64,000 nucleotides of DNA from positions 101,485,372 through 101,549,371 of the forward strand of contig NC_068984.1 of assembly GCF_001194135.2 (NCBI RefSeq), in the 5' to 3' direction. Below, one piece after another: positions 13,307 through 26,565 of the stretch (positions within the stretch are counted from its first letter, which is position 1; the number at the start of each line of letters is the position of its first letter). Position numbers and translations under genes: made by a program. This DNA comes from Octopus bimaculoides (taxonomy: Eukaryota). A model generated the notes under the pieces. The model saw only the letters and a program-made list of their open reading frames with translations. It was not told the origin of the DNA and did no database searches.

Positions 13307-14219
13307 TGAAATTATCTACAAATATGCTTCAGATGATGTAGATTCTCAGTATATCGAAATTTGGATCAATTCAGTTTCAAATTTATTGTGAAAAAATGTT
13401 TCTGAGGGTGATTTTTTATGAAATTTTCTAAAAATACTTTTCAGAGTGTGTAAATTACTATTAGGTACTTTTTGGTTGTCTCACTCAAATTTAAAAATTG
13501 GGTTATCTCCCCTACCCCGTTTCACAACATACATCAGTACTTTTGGTTATCTCCTTCAACTAAAATAGTTGTTTAACCCTCAATAAAACAATAAATAAAA
13601 AATGAAAAATTAATAAACATAAAAAGTGAAAAGATGAAACGTTTTGAATCTGATAATATTTTTATAACAAATCATACCATGCCTGTTGAGGAAGCCAAAC
13701 GTCAACAATGTGTTGAAGTATTGAATCAAAAGGATCTGACTCTTTTAATCCAATCTCTTGTCACATAAGCTCAATTTTTTAGTGGGGAGATAACCTATTT
13801 TTTCAATGGCAATTTTTAATGGGGGTGAGATAACCAAAAAGTACGAAATTTCATGTGAAAAGTAAAATAGTGAGCATACACACATACATATTTATACGCA
13901 TCACAATTTTTTTTTGAAATTTCATGTTTCATTTTCTAGATATCTAACGTGTGTCAGTATGTATACGAGGCCGCCAAATTTGTTTTTTCATGTTAAATTC
14001 CTATATAATTGCTAATCTACACACTCTGAAAGGTATTCATAGAAAATTTCATTAAAAAATTACCCATTTTTCTGAAAGTTATGTGTAAAGGAAGCCGTCT
14101 CGTGTAAATTTCTCTAAATTCGTCACCTTACTCACGGGAACATTTTTTTTCACAATAAATTCTGATATCATGAAAATCTACATCATCTGAAGCATATTTG
14201 TAGAAAATTTCATTAAAAA
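13307..14219. mobile_element. Foldback element, a different sequence
   Basis: Blocks in 13307-13512 recur inverted in 13784-14219. Confidence 0.75.
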
Positions 14220-15663
14220 ATATTGGAGGCGATGTAATAGACTTACTCTCTAATCACCACCCGAAATTGCTGGTGTTGTGCGAAAATTTGAAACCATTAT
14301 TGAACAGTGTAAGGAAAATAACTTCAATTTTACCATAAATACGTACGAGTTATTTCCCTTTACTCCACTAAAAAATCTTTCATGCAGTTCATTGTAGTGT
14401 AGTTACTTTTATTCTTTTAATTATTACAGTCATTTCGACTGCGGCCATGCTGGATCATGCCTTGAAGGGTTTTAGTCGAACAAATGAACCCCAGAACTTA
14501 TTTTTTAAAGCCTTGTATTTATTCTGTCGGTCTCTTTTGCCGAACCGCTATTTTACGGGGATATAAACATGCCAACACCAGTTGTCAAGTGTTGATGGAG
14601 GGACAAACACAGACTCAAAGACACACACACACACACATGGCTGTGTGGTAAGATGCTTACTTCCCAACTACATGGTTCTGGATTCAGTCCCACTGCGTGG
14701 CACCGTGGGCAAGTGTCTTCTACTATAGCCTCAGCTCAACCAAAGCTTTGTGAGTGGATTTGGTAGATGGAAACTGAAAGAAGCTTGTCATAAATATGCG
14801 TATATATACATCTATGAGTGCATGTCTTTGTGTCTGCGTTTGTTCCCCACCACCACTTGACAACCAGTGCTGGCGAGTTTATGTCCCCGTAATGTAGCAG
14901 TTCAGCAAAAGAGACCAATAGAATAAGTACCAGGCTTATAAAAAGTAAATACTAGGTCAATACATTTGGCTAAAAATTCTTCAAGACGGTACCCTAACAT
15001 GGCTGCAGTCTAATAACTGAAACAAGTAAAAGATAAGAAATAAAGGTAAGTGGGCATCTTTCAGTTTCTGTTTATGAGATCCACTCACAAAGCTTTGGTT
15101 GACCTGAGGCTACAGTAGAAGACACTTGGCCAAGGTGCCACACAGTGGGATTGAATCCAGAGCCATGTGGTTGAGAAGGAAGCTTCTTATCACCCAGCCA
15201 CGCCAATGATTTTTGTTTTTATAAATCCACTAAACACAAACAAATTCAAATTTTGAATAAAAATACTTTACATTTGGTTCATATTTCACATTCTTATGAA
15301 AAATAAGCTCCATCTTAATATGCAGATTGTTAAATAAATCTGGATGAATTTCAAAATAACTCTTAAAGTTGCTACTGATGAATGTAAAAACTGGATTACT
15401 TGTTTTTTTGACTCTACAATAACCTAAAATCCATTTGAAGTTTCTTCCAAAGTAGGCAAGAGATCACTGACATAATTAGGCTAAAAATGACAATATAATT
15501 AATTTTCATCAGGTGGTTGTTTGGTTAAGAAGCTTGCTTCCTTACCATGAGGTCTTGGGTTCAGTCCCAGTGCATGATACTTTGGGCAAGTATCTTCTAT
15601 TATAGTCCCAAGGCAACAACAAAAGAGTTGTTTGATTAGTATGTGACTACATAATGCATCATT

Positions 15664-16020
15664 TTACCTCCACCTTAGTGAAGGTGGAGGTATTGTTTTC
15701 AGTCGTGTTTGTTTCTTTGTTTCTTTGTTTGTCCATGGACAAGATATCTCAAGAACCGCTGGATGGATTCAGATGAAACTTTCAGGGATGTTTAGCATGA
15801 AATGATTAGACTTTGGGATCAATCTGGTACCGGACAAGGATTCTGGATTATTTTTCCAGTTTTTTTTACTTAATTTATTAGAGTGGTCAGGTTAATTTTT
15901 TGTATTCTCGTTTGTGAGAGCAGTCGAGTTCACGTTAGATATTCTCATTTTAAAAATCATCTCCAGCTAATCGTTGGTGTTGCCTTGGTGGAGGTTTGCA
16001 CTTTCTGAGTGCTCTTGTTT
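15664..16020 (+). mobile_element. Helentron-associated non-autonomous element (HINE-like)
   Basis: 5' ttacctccacc with adjacent inverted copy, then a (gttt)n microsatellite, a 3' ggtggagg sub-terminal IR and a gcact-agtgc stem-loop. Confidence 0.75.
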
Positions 16021-16349
16021 TATATTTGTTATATTTATATTTTTTATATTTATATTTTTATATTTGTTTTCATTTATAATTTCTGCTACAGAGATCTAAA
16101 CTCCACTTCATTGATCTGCAATATTGCTTTTGAAATTTTAATGGGTGAAAGCTAATTATTATTAGAGCTCTATTTCTTTATATACTAACTAAATGAGAAC
16201 TATGGAAAATACAATGGATATGACATTAAATTAATATATGTAATAGGTATTTGTTCAACCATTTACATCCGTTTTTCTTTAAAGAAAGGCCTTGCCCAAA
16301 ATATCAAATATTAACTCTTGTCATGGCACACAGACTTATCCTATATTTT

Positions 16350-16878
16350 ATTAACTGTGGAAGAGGTAGATCCAGGAAGATGTGAGATGAGGTGGTGAAA
16401 TATGATCTTTGAATATTGAGTCTCATGGAGGTGACAACAAGTGCCTGAGACTTTTGGGAGTTTGCTGTGCTTGAGAAGACACATCAAGCCAAGTAAAATC
16501 ATAGTCATGGCCAGTGCTAGTGACATGCAAAAGGTACCCATGCTAGTGACATGCAAAAGGTACCCATGCTAGTGACATGCAAAAGGTACCCATGCTAGTG
16601 ACATGCAAAAGGTACCCATGCTAGTGACATGCAAAAGGTACCTGTGCCAGTGACGTGTAAAAAGCACCTGTACTGGTGATATGTAGAAGACACCCAGTAC
16701 ACGCTGCAAAGTGGTTGGCATTAGGAAGGGCATCCAACTGTAGCGACCAAGCCAGAACAGATGACTGGAGCCTGGTGCAGCTCTTCAGCTTACCAGCTCC
16801 ACTCAAAATGTCTAACCCATGCTAGCATGGATAACAGACGCTATATGATGTTGATAATGATGATGCTGATGATGATGA
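16350..16878 (+). mobile_element. RTE LINE 3' UTR and tail with an expanded internal minisatellite
   Basis: Contains ttaggaagggcatcca ... aacccatgctagcatgga and ends in (GAT)n. Related 3' ends lie near 18800, 20000, 20600-21027, 23850, 28500, 35170 and 63200. Confidence 0.85.
16515..16642. repeat. 26-bp minisatellite, 5 copies
   Basis: (catgctagtgacatgcaaaaggtacc)n, nearly perfect. Confidence 0.95.
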
Positions 16879-17032
16879 ATCCCCTTTATTTGATTGTTTG
16901 TCGATATGAATGAATTTGTATATTTATCTGTATCTATGCACTTACAATTGATCCCTTTTCACACACTTTGATCATACCATCATATTTTCCAGCAACAGAG
17001 AGGTACCAATACTAAAATATAATTGAATGCAT

Positions 17033-17038
17033 TTTATT
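17033..17038 (-). terminator. AATAAA polyadenylation signal of CFAP54
   Basis: AATAAA begins 23 nt after the stop codon on the minus strand. Confidence 0.55.
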
Positions 17039-17060
17039 CAGATAACATTAGCAATTACAT

Positions 17061-17186
17061 TTAAGTCTTTTCCGAGAAAACAAGATTAGTTAACCAAACA
17101 GCAAGTTCTCCAGTAATAAGGTGTGATCCCACATTGACATTAAAGAGTTCCAGGAGGTGGTTTAAGTTGGTTTCTTCAAATGGCAT
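17061..17186 (-). CDS. CFAP54: CFAP54 terminal coding exon (MPFEETNLNHLLELFNVNVGSHLITGELAVWLTNLVFSEKT*)
   Basis: Acceptor ttttctttcctcaacAG, phase 0, TAA stop. Resembles the recalled human C-terminus VPFDISLPSIFNLERLFDLANG...LFNWI. Confidence 0.85.
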   Translation of the reverse strand: MPFEETNLNHLLELFNVNVGSHLITGELAVWLTNLVFSEKT

Positions 17187-17404
17187 CTGTTGAGGAAAGA
17201 AAAATGTATAATTTTCTAAACTTTGCTTGAAAGAGAATGTATATGTAATTAAATTGATGAAACTAAATATTGCATACATTTATCAATCTACTGTTCTTAT
17301 ATATATTAGGACATATGGTTTTGGGTCCTGAACTTCTAGTAGGGTTGTAGGGACCCTATAACATATGGTGTGTTTTGGGAATGCTTTAAATCCTAATGGG
17401 CTAT

Positions 17405-17792
17405 TTGTTGCTGTTGGCACTCCGTCACTTACGACGTTGAGGGTTCCAGTTGATCCGATCAACGGAACAGCCAGCTCGTGAAATTACCATGCAAGTGGCC
17501 GAGCACTCCACAGACACATGTACCCTTAACGTAGTTCTCGAGGATATTCAGCATGACACAGTGTGACAAGGCTGACCCTTTGAATTACAGGTACAACAGA
17601 AACAGGAAGTAAGAGTGAGAGAAAGTTGTGGTGAAAGAGTACAGCAGTGTTTGCCACCATCCCCTGTCGGAGCCTCGTGGAGCTTTAGGTGTTTTCGCTC
17701 AATAAACACTCACAACGCCCGGTCTGGGAATTGAAACTGTGATCCTATGACCGCGAGTCCGCTGCCCTAACCACTGTTCCACTGCGCCTCCA
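17405..17792 (-). mobile_element. Full-length tRNA-head SINE
   Basis: 12-bp TSD ctaatgggctat, A/B boxes (agtggttagg; gtttcaattcc) and a caa tail. Confidence 0.9.
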
Positions 17793-17869
17793 CTAATGGG
17801 CTATAACAGAGTAATAAGATACAAAAGGTTTAGTTAAAGATCATCACTCAAAGGTATGGGAATGGAGAA

Positions 17870-18410
17870 AATAGACAAATCAAAGTAATTTAACATTTTT
17901 AACGCATGAAGAATGCAAACCAGTTGGAGAATGTTCAGAGACTTTCACCTCTGTTGGTTACAAATGGCCTCTCTGTCAGGATGGAAGGCTTTAGATGAAC
18001 AGCAATGATACATGACTGTGAATGTGGAGGACACACGAAAACTTGAATGGAATGAAACAACTACGCTCTGTTGGATGTGCAATGCCAATGTAGCATATAC
18101 AACAAATTACAAATGAGCTTAAAGAAAAATTGGGTATTATAGGCATCAGCTGTGGTGTGCTGGAGAGAAGACTGTGCTGGTACAGTCATGTGATGAGGAT
18201 GGATGAGGATAGTTGTATAAAGAAGTGCTGATCATTGAACGTAGAAGGAACATGTGGAAGAAGTAGATCTAGGAAGATGTGGGATGAAGAGATGAAGACT
18301 GACCTTGAGATGTTGAGCCTCTCAGAGAAGATGACAGGGGATGGAGATGGATGAGATTATGCTGTGCTTGAGAAGACTCATTCATCTCAGCAGGACTGAG
18401 GCTCTGTCAG
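17870..18410 (+). mobile_element. RTE LINE 3' fragment
   Basis: Similar to 54250-54700 (tgtggtgtg..gagagaagactgtgctggt..gtcatgtg). Confidence 0.75.
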
Positions 18411-19286
18411 GCCTTCCTCCTCAACTCATCTTCTAGTTTCTTCACTTCTTACTACACTGAACTGATATCCTCTGTGTCTACCTCAATACCTAACCCTCAT
18501 CATCTGTCACACTATTTTCACTCAGAGCATTTCCTGCTCTGTCTCATATTCACATTGTATCTGGACCTCATATCTCCTTCTTCTCTTTCCCTTTCTTTGT
18601 CTCTCTCTCTCACTTTCCAGGTAGGCAATCTATGTATTCACCTCTTCAACAACACACTTGCTCTTCTCCCTCTAACATTTAAAATATGGAGAATACAAAT
18701 TTCTTTCTCTAGTCTATACTCTACTCAACTGAGAAATCTTATCTTGTAGATACTTGACAATCTCACTGGTGCTGGTGCCCTGTACAAAAGCACTCAGTAC
18801 ATTCTGTTAAGTAGCTGGCATTAGGAAGGGCATCCAGCTGTAGAAACCATGTTAAAGCATAGAACATGGTAGAGTCCTCTGGCTCATTTGTTGTTGTTGA
18901 ACTGTCCAACCCATGCTAGCATAGAAAAAGGATTATTAAATTTTGATAGAGCATTAAAAAGCAAACTAGAAATGAATATGCACTGAATTAATAACTAACA
19001 TTATTTTCATTCTTCTGGTATGTATGGAAGTAGTAATGGATGAATTAATGAAGCAGTAATGAATGAATTACTAAAATGTATGTGCAACAGTGTACATTTG
19101 TTGGTATATGAAAATAGAATTTAAAAAATTACATATTTCTGAGACAGTAACTGCATGAATAATAAATATTCAAAATCTTACATAGTTTCATCAACACTTG
19201 CAACATAAATGATAATTCTGATGTACACATTTTTGTAAAAAGAGTTAACATATATGCAACAAATACTATAAAGGAACCATAATTAC

Positions 19287-19358
19287 TTGGGAAATGGAGT
19301 ATCTCGATGTTGGTGCAAATAATTTCTGAATTTCTTGCAGAATTGATAACACATGTCT
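19287..19358 (-). CDS. CFAP54: CFAP54 exon (RHVLSILQEIQKLFAPTSRYSISQ)
   Basis: tttttcAG / GTAATT junctions, 72 nt, phase 0-0; fits both neighbours. Confidence 0.8.
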
Positions 19359-22244
19359 CTGAAAAATGATTAAGTTAATGAAAATACTAAATGAAAATAT
19401 GTCTTTAATTAAAAATAATTATTAAAAAGCATAAATATCTTATTATCCTTTCTGCTTTAATGAAATACATGTGTCTGTGCATAATTTTTCATATTAAGTG
19501 ACATCAGTTCTGAATCCCACAACCACATCATAACAGTGGATTCGATGTCACCTACTGGATGAACTCAGATAAATAACACAAGGCCAAGGGGGAAGGAGAG
19601 GAATGGTGGTAGTGAAAGGAGGTGCTAACATAATTGAAACTTTAAGAGGGTAGGAAGTTAACAAAAAAAGAATATGTAGTGGTGTGGTTTGTGTTGAGCA
19701 ACAGGAATGTTTTACAAGAAAACTAAAAGGCTAAGGCAGGAAGATAAGTAAGAAGGGAATGGAAGTAGGGGCTGTTTTGTAAAATGTGAATATTCATTGG
19801 ATAGATATGTGTGTATTGTGAATTTTTGACAATGTTTATCTGAGAATGTATCAGTGTATGTATTGTAAGTTTTTAACAGTATTCATCTAAGTGTGTGTGT
19901 TTCTATACCATGTGTTTGGTATTTTTGATGTGTATGTATGTATTGTTGTTTTTTGTATATATCATCATCAATCATCATCGTCATTTAACGTTCGTCTTCC
20001 ATGCAAGAATGGGTTGGATGGTTGACAGGGGCCAGCCAGGTAGAAAACTACCCCAGGCTACTGTGTCTGTTTGGCAGGGTTTTTATGGCTGAATACCCTT
20101 TCTAACACCAACCACTTTACAGAGTGAACTCAATGCTTTTTACTTGGCACTATCACAGGTGAGGTTAGTTTTGGCATGATTTTTACAGCTGGATGCTCTT
20201 CCAAATGCCAACCACTTTATATGTGTGTGTGTGTGCGTGTGTGTGTAAAAGAATTCACAGGGCTCATAAAAACGACTACTAAATTTAGATACGGAATGAA
20301 ATATAACTATTTGTATTGCCTGGAACATCTGGATTATTGCAGACAATGTAACAATAACTATTTCATCTAGAATTCTTTATCTTTATCTTTTACTTGTTTC
20401 AGTCATTAGACTGCGGTCATGTTGGAACACCTCCTTGAAGGGTTTTAGTTAAACAAATAGACCCCATGACATATTTTTTCAAGCTTAGTACCTATCTGTC
20501 TCTTTTGCCGAAGTTATAGTGATGTAAACACACCAACATCAGTTGTCAAGTGGTAGTGGTGGTGGAGTAAACAAACACACACACAAAGACGTGTACGCAT
20601 GACTGGCACCCATGCCAACGTTGTCTCCTTCATTGGACACGAAACTCAGCTTGCGAAGACTTATTGGGGCAAGCGAAAGTGAAATCGTGATGGCACCTGT
20701 GCTCAGCGTCGCCTTTCTGGCACTTGTTCCCGTGGCATGTGTAAGGACTTTCAAGCGAGATCGTTGCCAGTGCCCCTGGACTGGCTCTTGTGCGGGTGGC
20801 ACATAAAATACACCATTTTGAGCATGGCCGTTGCCAGTACCACCTGACTGGCCTTCGTGCCAGTGGCACGTAAAAGCACCCACTACACACTTGGAGTGGT
20901 TGGCGTTAGGAAGGGCATCCAGCTGTAGAAACTCTGCCAAATCAGATTGGGGCCTGGTGTAGCCAACTGGTTTCATCAGTCCTCAGTCAAATCATCCAAC
21001 CCATGCTAGCATGGAAAGCGGATGTTANNNNNNNNNNNNNNNNNNNNNNNNNNNNNNNNNNNNNNNNNNNNNNNNNNNNNNNNNNNNNNNNNNNNNNNNN
21101 NNNNNNNNNNNNNNNNNNNNNNNNNNNNNNNNNNNNNNNNNNNNNNNNNNNNNNNNNNNNNNNNNTAGTAGGAGACGCTTGCCCAAGGTGCCACGCAGTT
21201 GGACTGAACCTAGAACCATGTGGCTATCAAGCAAACTTCTTATTTCTTTATTGCCCACAAAGGGCTAAACATAGAGAGGACAAACAAGGACAGACAAAGG
21301 GATTAAGTCGATTAGATCGACTCCAGTGTGCAACTGGTACTTAATTTATCGACCCCCAAAAGGATGAAAGGCAAAGTCGACCTCGGCGGAATTTGAACTC
21401 AGAACGTAACGGCAGACGAAATACCACTAAGCATTTCGCCCGGCGTGCTAACGTTTCTGCCAGCTCGCCGCAAACTTCTTACCACACAGCCATGGCTGCT
21501 TCTATAGAATGGAAATTATTATAAGATCTGGTCATGAGCAAGTTAGTGCAAGAGAGATCATTCTGTTTGTAGGAGGACAATTCCGCATAACTTGTACTAT
21601 TACATCAAATCTTTGGGGGAAAGGATTTCCAGCAAAATTTGAAATAGATTGTGGGGGCAGGGATCTGAAATTTTGAGTATCTATATTTTTGTTAATATCA
21701 GTAAAGTCTTTGAAATTTTGCTTGGGTGGGATAAAGAATAAATGTCTTGAAAGAATAAGAAATAAAGGGTGAAGGAGAGAGTATATCAGAGAGACATTGA
21801 AGGAATGAAATAGAAAAAATAAGAGCAAAACAATTAAAGAAGGAAAAGACAGTGGTCGCTGTTTTAAAAAGGACCTGACATTTGAAGAATTTGGAAAAGC
21901 AGGAATAGAAATTGTTAGAAAGATAGATATTAAATGTTCCAAATGTAGTGTGAAGATGTAGTTAAGGCTAATGATTTCAAGCAGTTTAATCCTTAGTTCA
22001 GTTTATATTGTGGAAATGGACAAGTGACTCTACAATCTATTACCTGTCTGTGCAAGCACCATATGCATGTGACTGTGTGGGAAGAAGTTTGTTTCCCAAC
22101 CACATAATTCCAGGTTTAGCCCCAATGTGAGGCACCTTGGACAAGTGTCTTTTACTATATCCTCAGACCAACTAAAGCCTTGTGAGTGGATTTGGGAGAC
22201 GGAAACTGAAAAAAGCTTACCATGTGTGTGTGTGTGTGTGTGCG

Positions 22245-22281
<37 letters not shown>

Positions 22282-22679
22282 TTGTCCCCCACCACCACTT
22301 GATAACCAGTATTGGTGTATTTATGTACTCATAATTTATTGGTTGACTCAAAAGAGACCAATAGAATAAGTATCAAACTAACACAAATAAAGTACTGGGT
22401 CAAGTCATTTGACTAAAATTCTTCAAGGTGGTGCCCCAGCATGCCTGCAGTCTAATAACTGAAGCAAGTAAAAGATAAAAGATGCCAATAATCTATCTTT
22501 AAAGTATCAGGTTAGTTCTAGTTATTTGAAGAAAAATATTATAATAAAATAAAATAATGTTGGAAATTTTGACATGGACAACCACAAAATATACCTTGAG
22601 GCAAAAAGAATGATACACAGAAATGTCTACTATAAAATTTGAATATAAATCCAATTTTATTATTATTATTATTATCATA

Positions 22680-23220
22680 AGGTGAGAGAGCAGCACATGC
22701 CATCAAAGTGACACTGGGGTACAACGATACAAAGCCCAATATATTCATTATGTCTACCCGTCTGATAAGGGTGCACCAGGCACATGCATCACAACCATAT
22801 GTGCACGACATGGTGATCTCATATCATGATAAACAGTGCACGACCTTGCAGGTGGGACCCAGTTAGAATTTTTTTGAGGTCGGGAAGCCCATCTTGCTTA
22901 AAAGGTCTCTGAATAAGGTTTGTTTAAGGGTGATGAACAAAACACCCATGTTTCCAGAGGTGAATTATTCAAATTCCAAAGAATTCATTTCAACACATGG
23001 CTATGATNNNNNNNNNNNNNNNNNNNNNNNNNNNNNNNNNNNNNNNNNNNNNNNNNNNNNNNNNNNNNNNNNNNNNNNNNNNNCTACTTCTGCTTGTGAT
23101 CAGAGATGCACATATCGCCAGCCACAAAAGGGACATGCTCAACTGGTTAAGGTCAAGCTACTGACAAACAAATTTGCAGTATTGAGTAGAATATTTGCTG
23201 CAGAGCAAATCTGTGGTGTA
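22680..23220 (+). repeat. Unclassified interspersed repeat (partial inverted copy at 36040-36270)
   Basis: Shared ttcaacacat.gctatgat and gatcagagatgcacatat..gacatgctcaactggttaaggtcaag blocks. Confidence 0.65.
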
Positions 23221-23613
23221 GAGCTATTATTATTATAATTATTACTATTATTATTATTTGCAAAGTTGCATTTATTGTTAGCAGCTGGAGATTATAGAAT
23301 TAGAAGCAGAAGAGAAACTATTTAATTCTTTTGCATTCAGATTACTCTATCAAATGTAATGCTTGTTTATTCATATTGCTTTGAATTAAACATGCATTAA
23401 ATTGTAGCTTCAAGATTTCAATAATGTGATTGTTTATTTTTAGAACAACATTGTCATGTAAATGTAAGAGAGGCTGGATCTGGCCAACATAAAACATGCA
23501 GAAGATTTGAATCAGATGCAGCCAGTTTAAATGCTAAAGGGTTAAGCTGGTGATATAAATTTTCTATTTAGCTAAATAGATAATATAAAATAGTGTTCAT
23601 TGAGTAGAGTCAC

Positions 23614-23743
23614 CTGATAGTCTTGGGTTTCAGCATCTGAAGAAAATGAACCAAATGACTTTCTTGAATGGAGAACAGGTTTTCTGGGTTTAGAATTCAA
23701 AGGTTTCTCAGCTATTTCCTTCATATGTATGGCTTTCTTGATG
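23614..23743 (-). CDS. CFAP54: CFAP54 exon (IKKAIHMKEIAEK...DAETQDYQ)
   Basis: ttttgtcAG / GTGACT junctions, 130 nt, phase 2-0, open frame; phases match both neighbours. Confidence 0.75.
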
Positions 23744-24429
23744 CTGACAAAAATAAATTAAAATAACTTTTAGCAAGCAATTTTGTTGACAATAAATCAA
23801 AAGTGAATAAGTATACATGCAAGAATAATGTAGTTAAAATCATCATCATCACCATCATTTAATGTCCATTTTCCATGCTGACTGGCAAGGCCAGGGGCTG
23901 CACCAGGTTCCATAGTCTGTTTTGGCTTGGCTCATGTAGCTGGATGCCCTTCCTAACACCAACCACTTTACAAAGTGTACTGGGTGCTTTTTAAATGAGG
24001 AGGAGTCAAAAGTATATAATTAAAATTAACAGAGTTGTGTTGTTTAAAGAACTCATACTCCAGACACCTCATCACAATTATCTATCTCTTGCAGCTCTTA
24101 CTAATAATTTATTTTTTCTGTTTCTCATTCCCTTACTAGATGTGAGTAGCCAGGTAGATCTTCTACAAGAACTTGCTCTGACCCTCCCCTTCTCATGGTT
24201 TAATTCCCTTGTCTCCTATCATGAAACTGGCCCCTACATACACCTGGGTTCACACTGCTGTGAGCTGCATGGCGACCTCAATAGTGCAGGTGTAAAGTGG
24301 TTGATGTTAGGAAGGTCATCTGGCTGTAGAAATCATATCAAAGCAGACATTGAGGTATGATGCAGTTTTGGAACTCATCACATCCTATCAGACCATCAAA
24401 TCCATGAACCAAACAAAAAAATCTAATGG

Positions 24430-25840
24430 GTTGAGATTGAGGCTTCTTGGGGGCCATACATCCTTGCCTATGACTGATGGGATGTTTTACTGAATCCAGT
24501 GTTGTACCTGTTTGGAGCTGTGGGATGGCACTGAGTCCTGTTGGTAAAAACTCCTTAAGATGTACCCAGTGTAAGCTATGGAGACACAAGAGGTACAGCA
24601 ATATCAAAGGAAGGTTAACTGGGAAAATAGCTTTTGTGCGTTGCAGATGCACAGGGGCAATAAACACTGAAAATGTGCAGAAAACAGATTCCATCACATG
24701 CCAGAGGGAAAAACTAGAAGTAGTTGATAGCTTCCATGACCTAGGTGTTCAAGTCAGTAACAGGGGTAGATGCTTTGAGGGCGTAGCTGCTAGAGTAAGA
24801 TTAGCCTGGGCAAAGTTCAGAGAGTTCCTACCTCTGCTGGTAACGGAGGGCCTCTCACTCAGAGTGAAAGGTAGACTGTATGATGCCTGTGTGCAAACAG
24901 CCATGCTACACAGCAGTGAAACATGGGCTGTGACTGCTGAGGACATACATAGGTTTGAAAGAAATGAAGCTAGTATGCTCTGTTGGATGTGTAATTCCAG
25001 TGTGCATACACGACAGAGTGTGAGTGCCCTGAGAGAAAAGTTGGACATATGAAGCATCAGATGTGGTGTGTAAGAGAGGTGACTGCACTGGTATGGTCAT
25101 GTGTTGCATATGGATGAGGACATCTGTGTGAAGAAGTGTCACACACCAATAGTGGAAGGAACCTGTGGAAGAGATAGACCCAGGAAGACATGGGATGAGG
25201 TGGTGAAGCATGACCTTCGAGTGTTGGACCTCACAGAAGCAATGGCAATGACAAGCGACTGAGACCTTTGGATATATGCTGTGCTTGAGAAGACCCAGCC
25301 AGCCAAGTGAGATCGTAGCCATGGTCAATACCAATGTTGGACTACTGGCCCATTTAAAAGTACACCTTCAATTGTCGGGCAATATGCTGTTCTTGAGAAG
25401 ACCTGTTGAGCCAAGCAAAGTCGTAGTCATGGTCGATGCCAGTGCCGCCTGACTGGCACATAAAAAGCACCATTCAAGCAAGGTCATGCCAGTGCTGCCT
25501 GACTGGCGCCCATGCCAGTAGCACGTAAAAAGCACCATTTGAGTGTGACCGATGCCAGTACGACTTGACTGGCACCTGTGTGGGTGGCACGTAAAAAGCA
25601 CCATTCAAGTTTAGTCAATGCCAGTGCTGCCTGACTGGCTCCTGTGCTGGTGGAACTTAAAAAGCACCCACTACACTCTCAGAGTGGTTGGTATTAGGAA
25701 GGGCATCCAGCTGTAGAAACCTTGCCAGATTAGATTGGAGCCTGGTGCAGCCTACTGGCTTGCCAGTCTTCAATCAAACTGTCCAATCCATGCCAGCATG
25801 GAAAGCAGACGTTAAATGATGATGATGATGATGATGATGC
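24430..25840 (+). mobile_element. RTE LINE 3' fragment, same family
   Basis: ORF 24477-25052 (GRLYDACV...LHSSETW); collinear with 53900-55165; (GAT)n tail. Confidence 0.9.
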
Positions 25841-25958
25841 ACTGAAATATTTCATTCATTTATTATACTTTTACTAAATAGACCACTATTTTCTATCCTA
25901 TGTTCAAAGTAGAAATCAATTAATATGAAGCTAGATATAAAAACAGTAAAATACTTAC

Positions 25959-26565
25959 CGTTTGTAAAGATCAACAGCAAATTTGCGTGGCAATATGAAA
26001 TTGTTTGTGTAGCATTGGTACTCATCTTGTTTAACCTTTTTAGTCATGGAACAAAGAAGATGCATATTGTTTGACTCAGAATGATCTGGTAAGTTTTTTT
26101 GAGACAGAGACTCAAATAAGGGACTATACCACTGGAAACATACTTCCTCAGATTTAGGATATGTCATGGACCAAGGGAACATGGAGGTAGGTTTTTGATT
26201 TACACTCGGGGAATCTTGTAATAAACCTTTTGCTGAACAATTCTCAAGATTTAGAGCTTTCAATGATTCAGATATGATATTTTGATCCTCTTCCAGGACA
26301 TGATTTAATGTGATAGCCAACTCTTCAACTTCAGCCGGAATGTTAATAGTGGAACAATGCCGAGTAAATAATGAAAAATTGTTACTAAGAAAGGAATAAG
26401 TATTAGTATATTGTAGCCTTATGGACTGATCAAGTGGCATAGAATACATGAAAGTTTTATAAAATGATTCTGGTGCTTCATCAGATTCAGAAGTGTCTTC
26501 TTGAAAAGTTTCATTGGCAGAAACAATAGTTTGGTAAAGTTCATCAGACAAAGAAACCAAGTAAG
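25959..26565 (-). CDS. CFAP54: CFAP54 large exon (contains EEVCFQWYSPL)
   Basis: ttccacAG / GTAAGT junctions, 607 nt, phase 1-2. EVCFQWY matches recalled human ELCFQWY. Confidence 0.9.

Noticed and set aside
16515-16642. CRISPR-like array (also 34760-35115)
   Set aside because: Repeats are head-to-tail with no unique spacers, and the context is eukaryotic.
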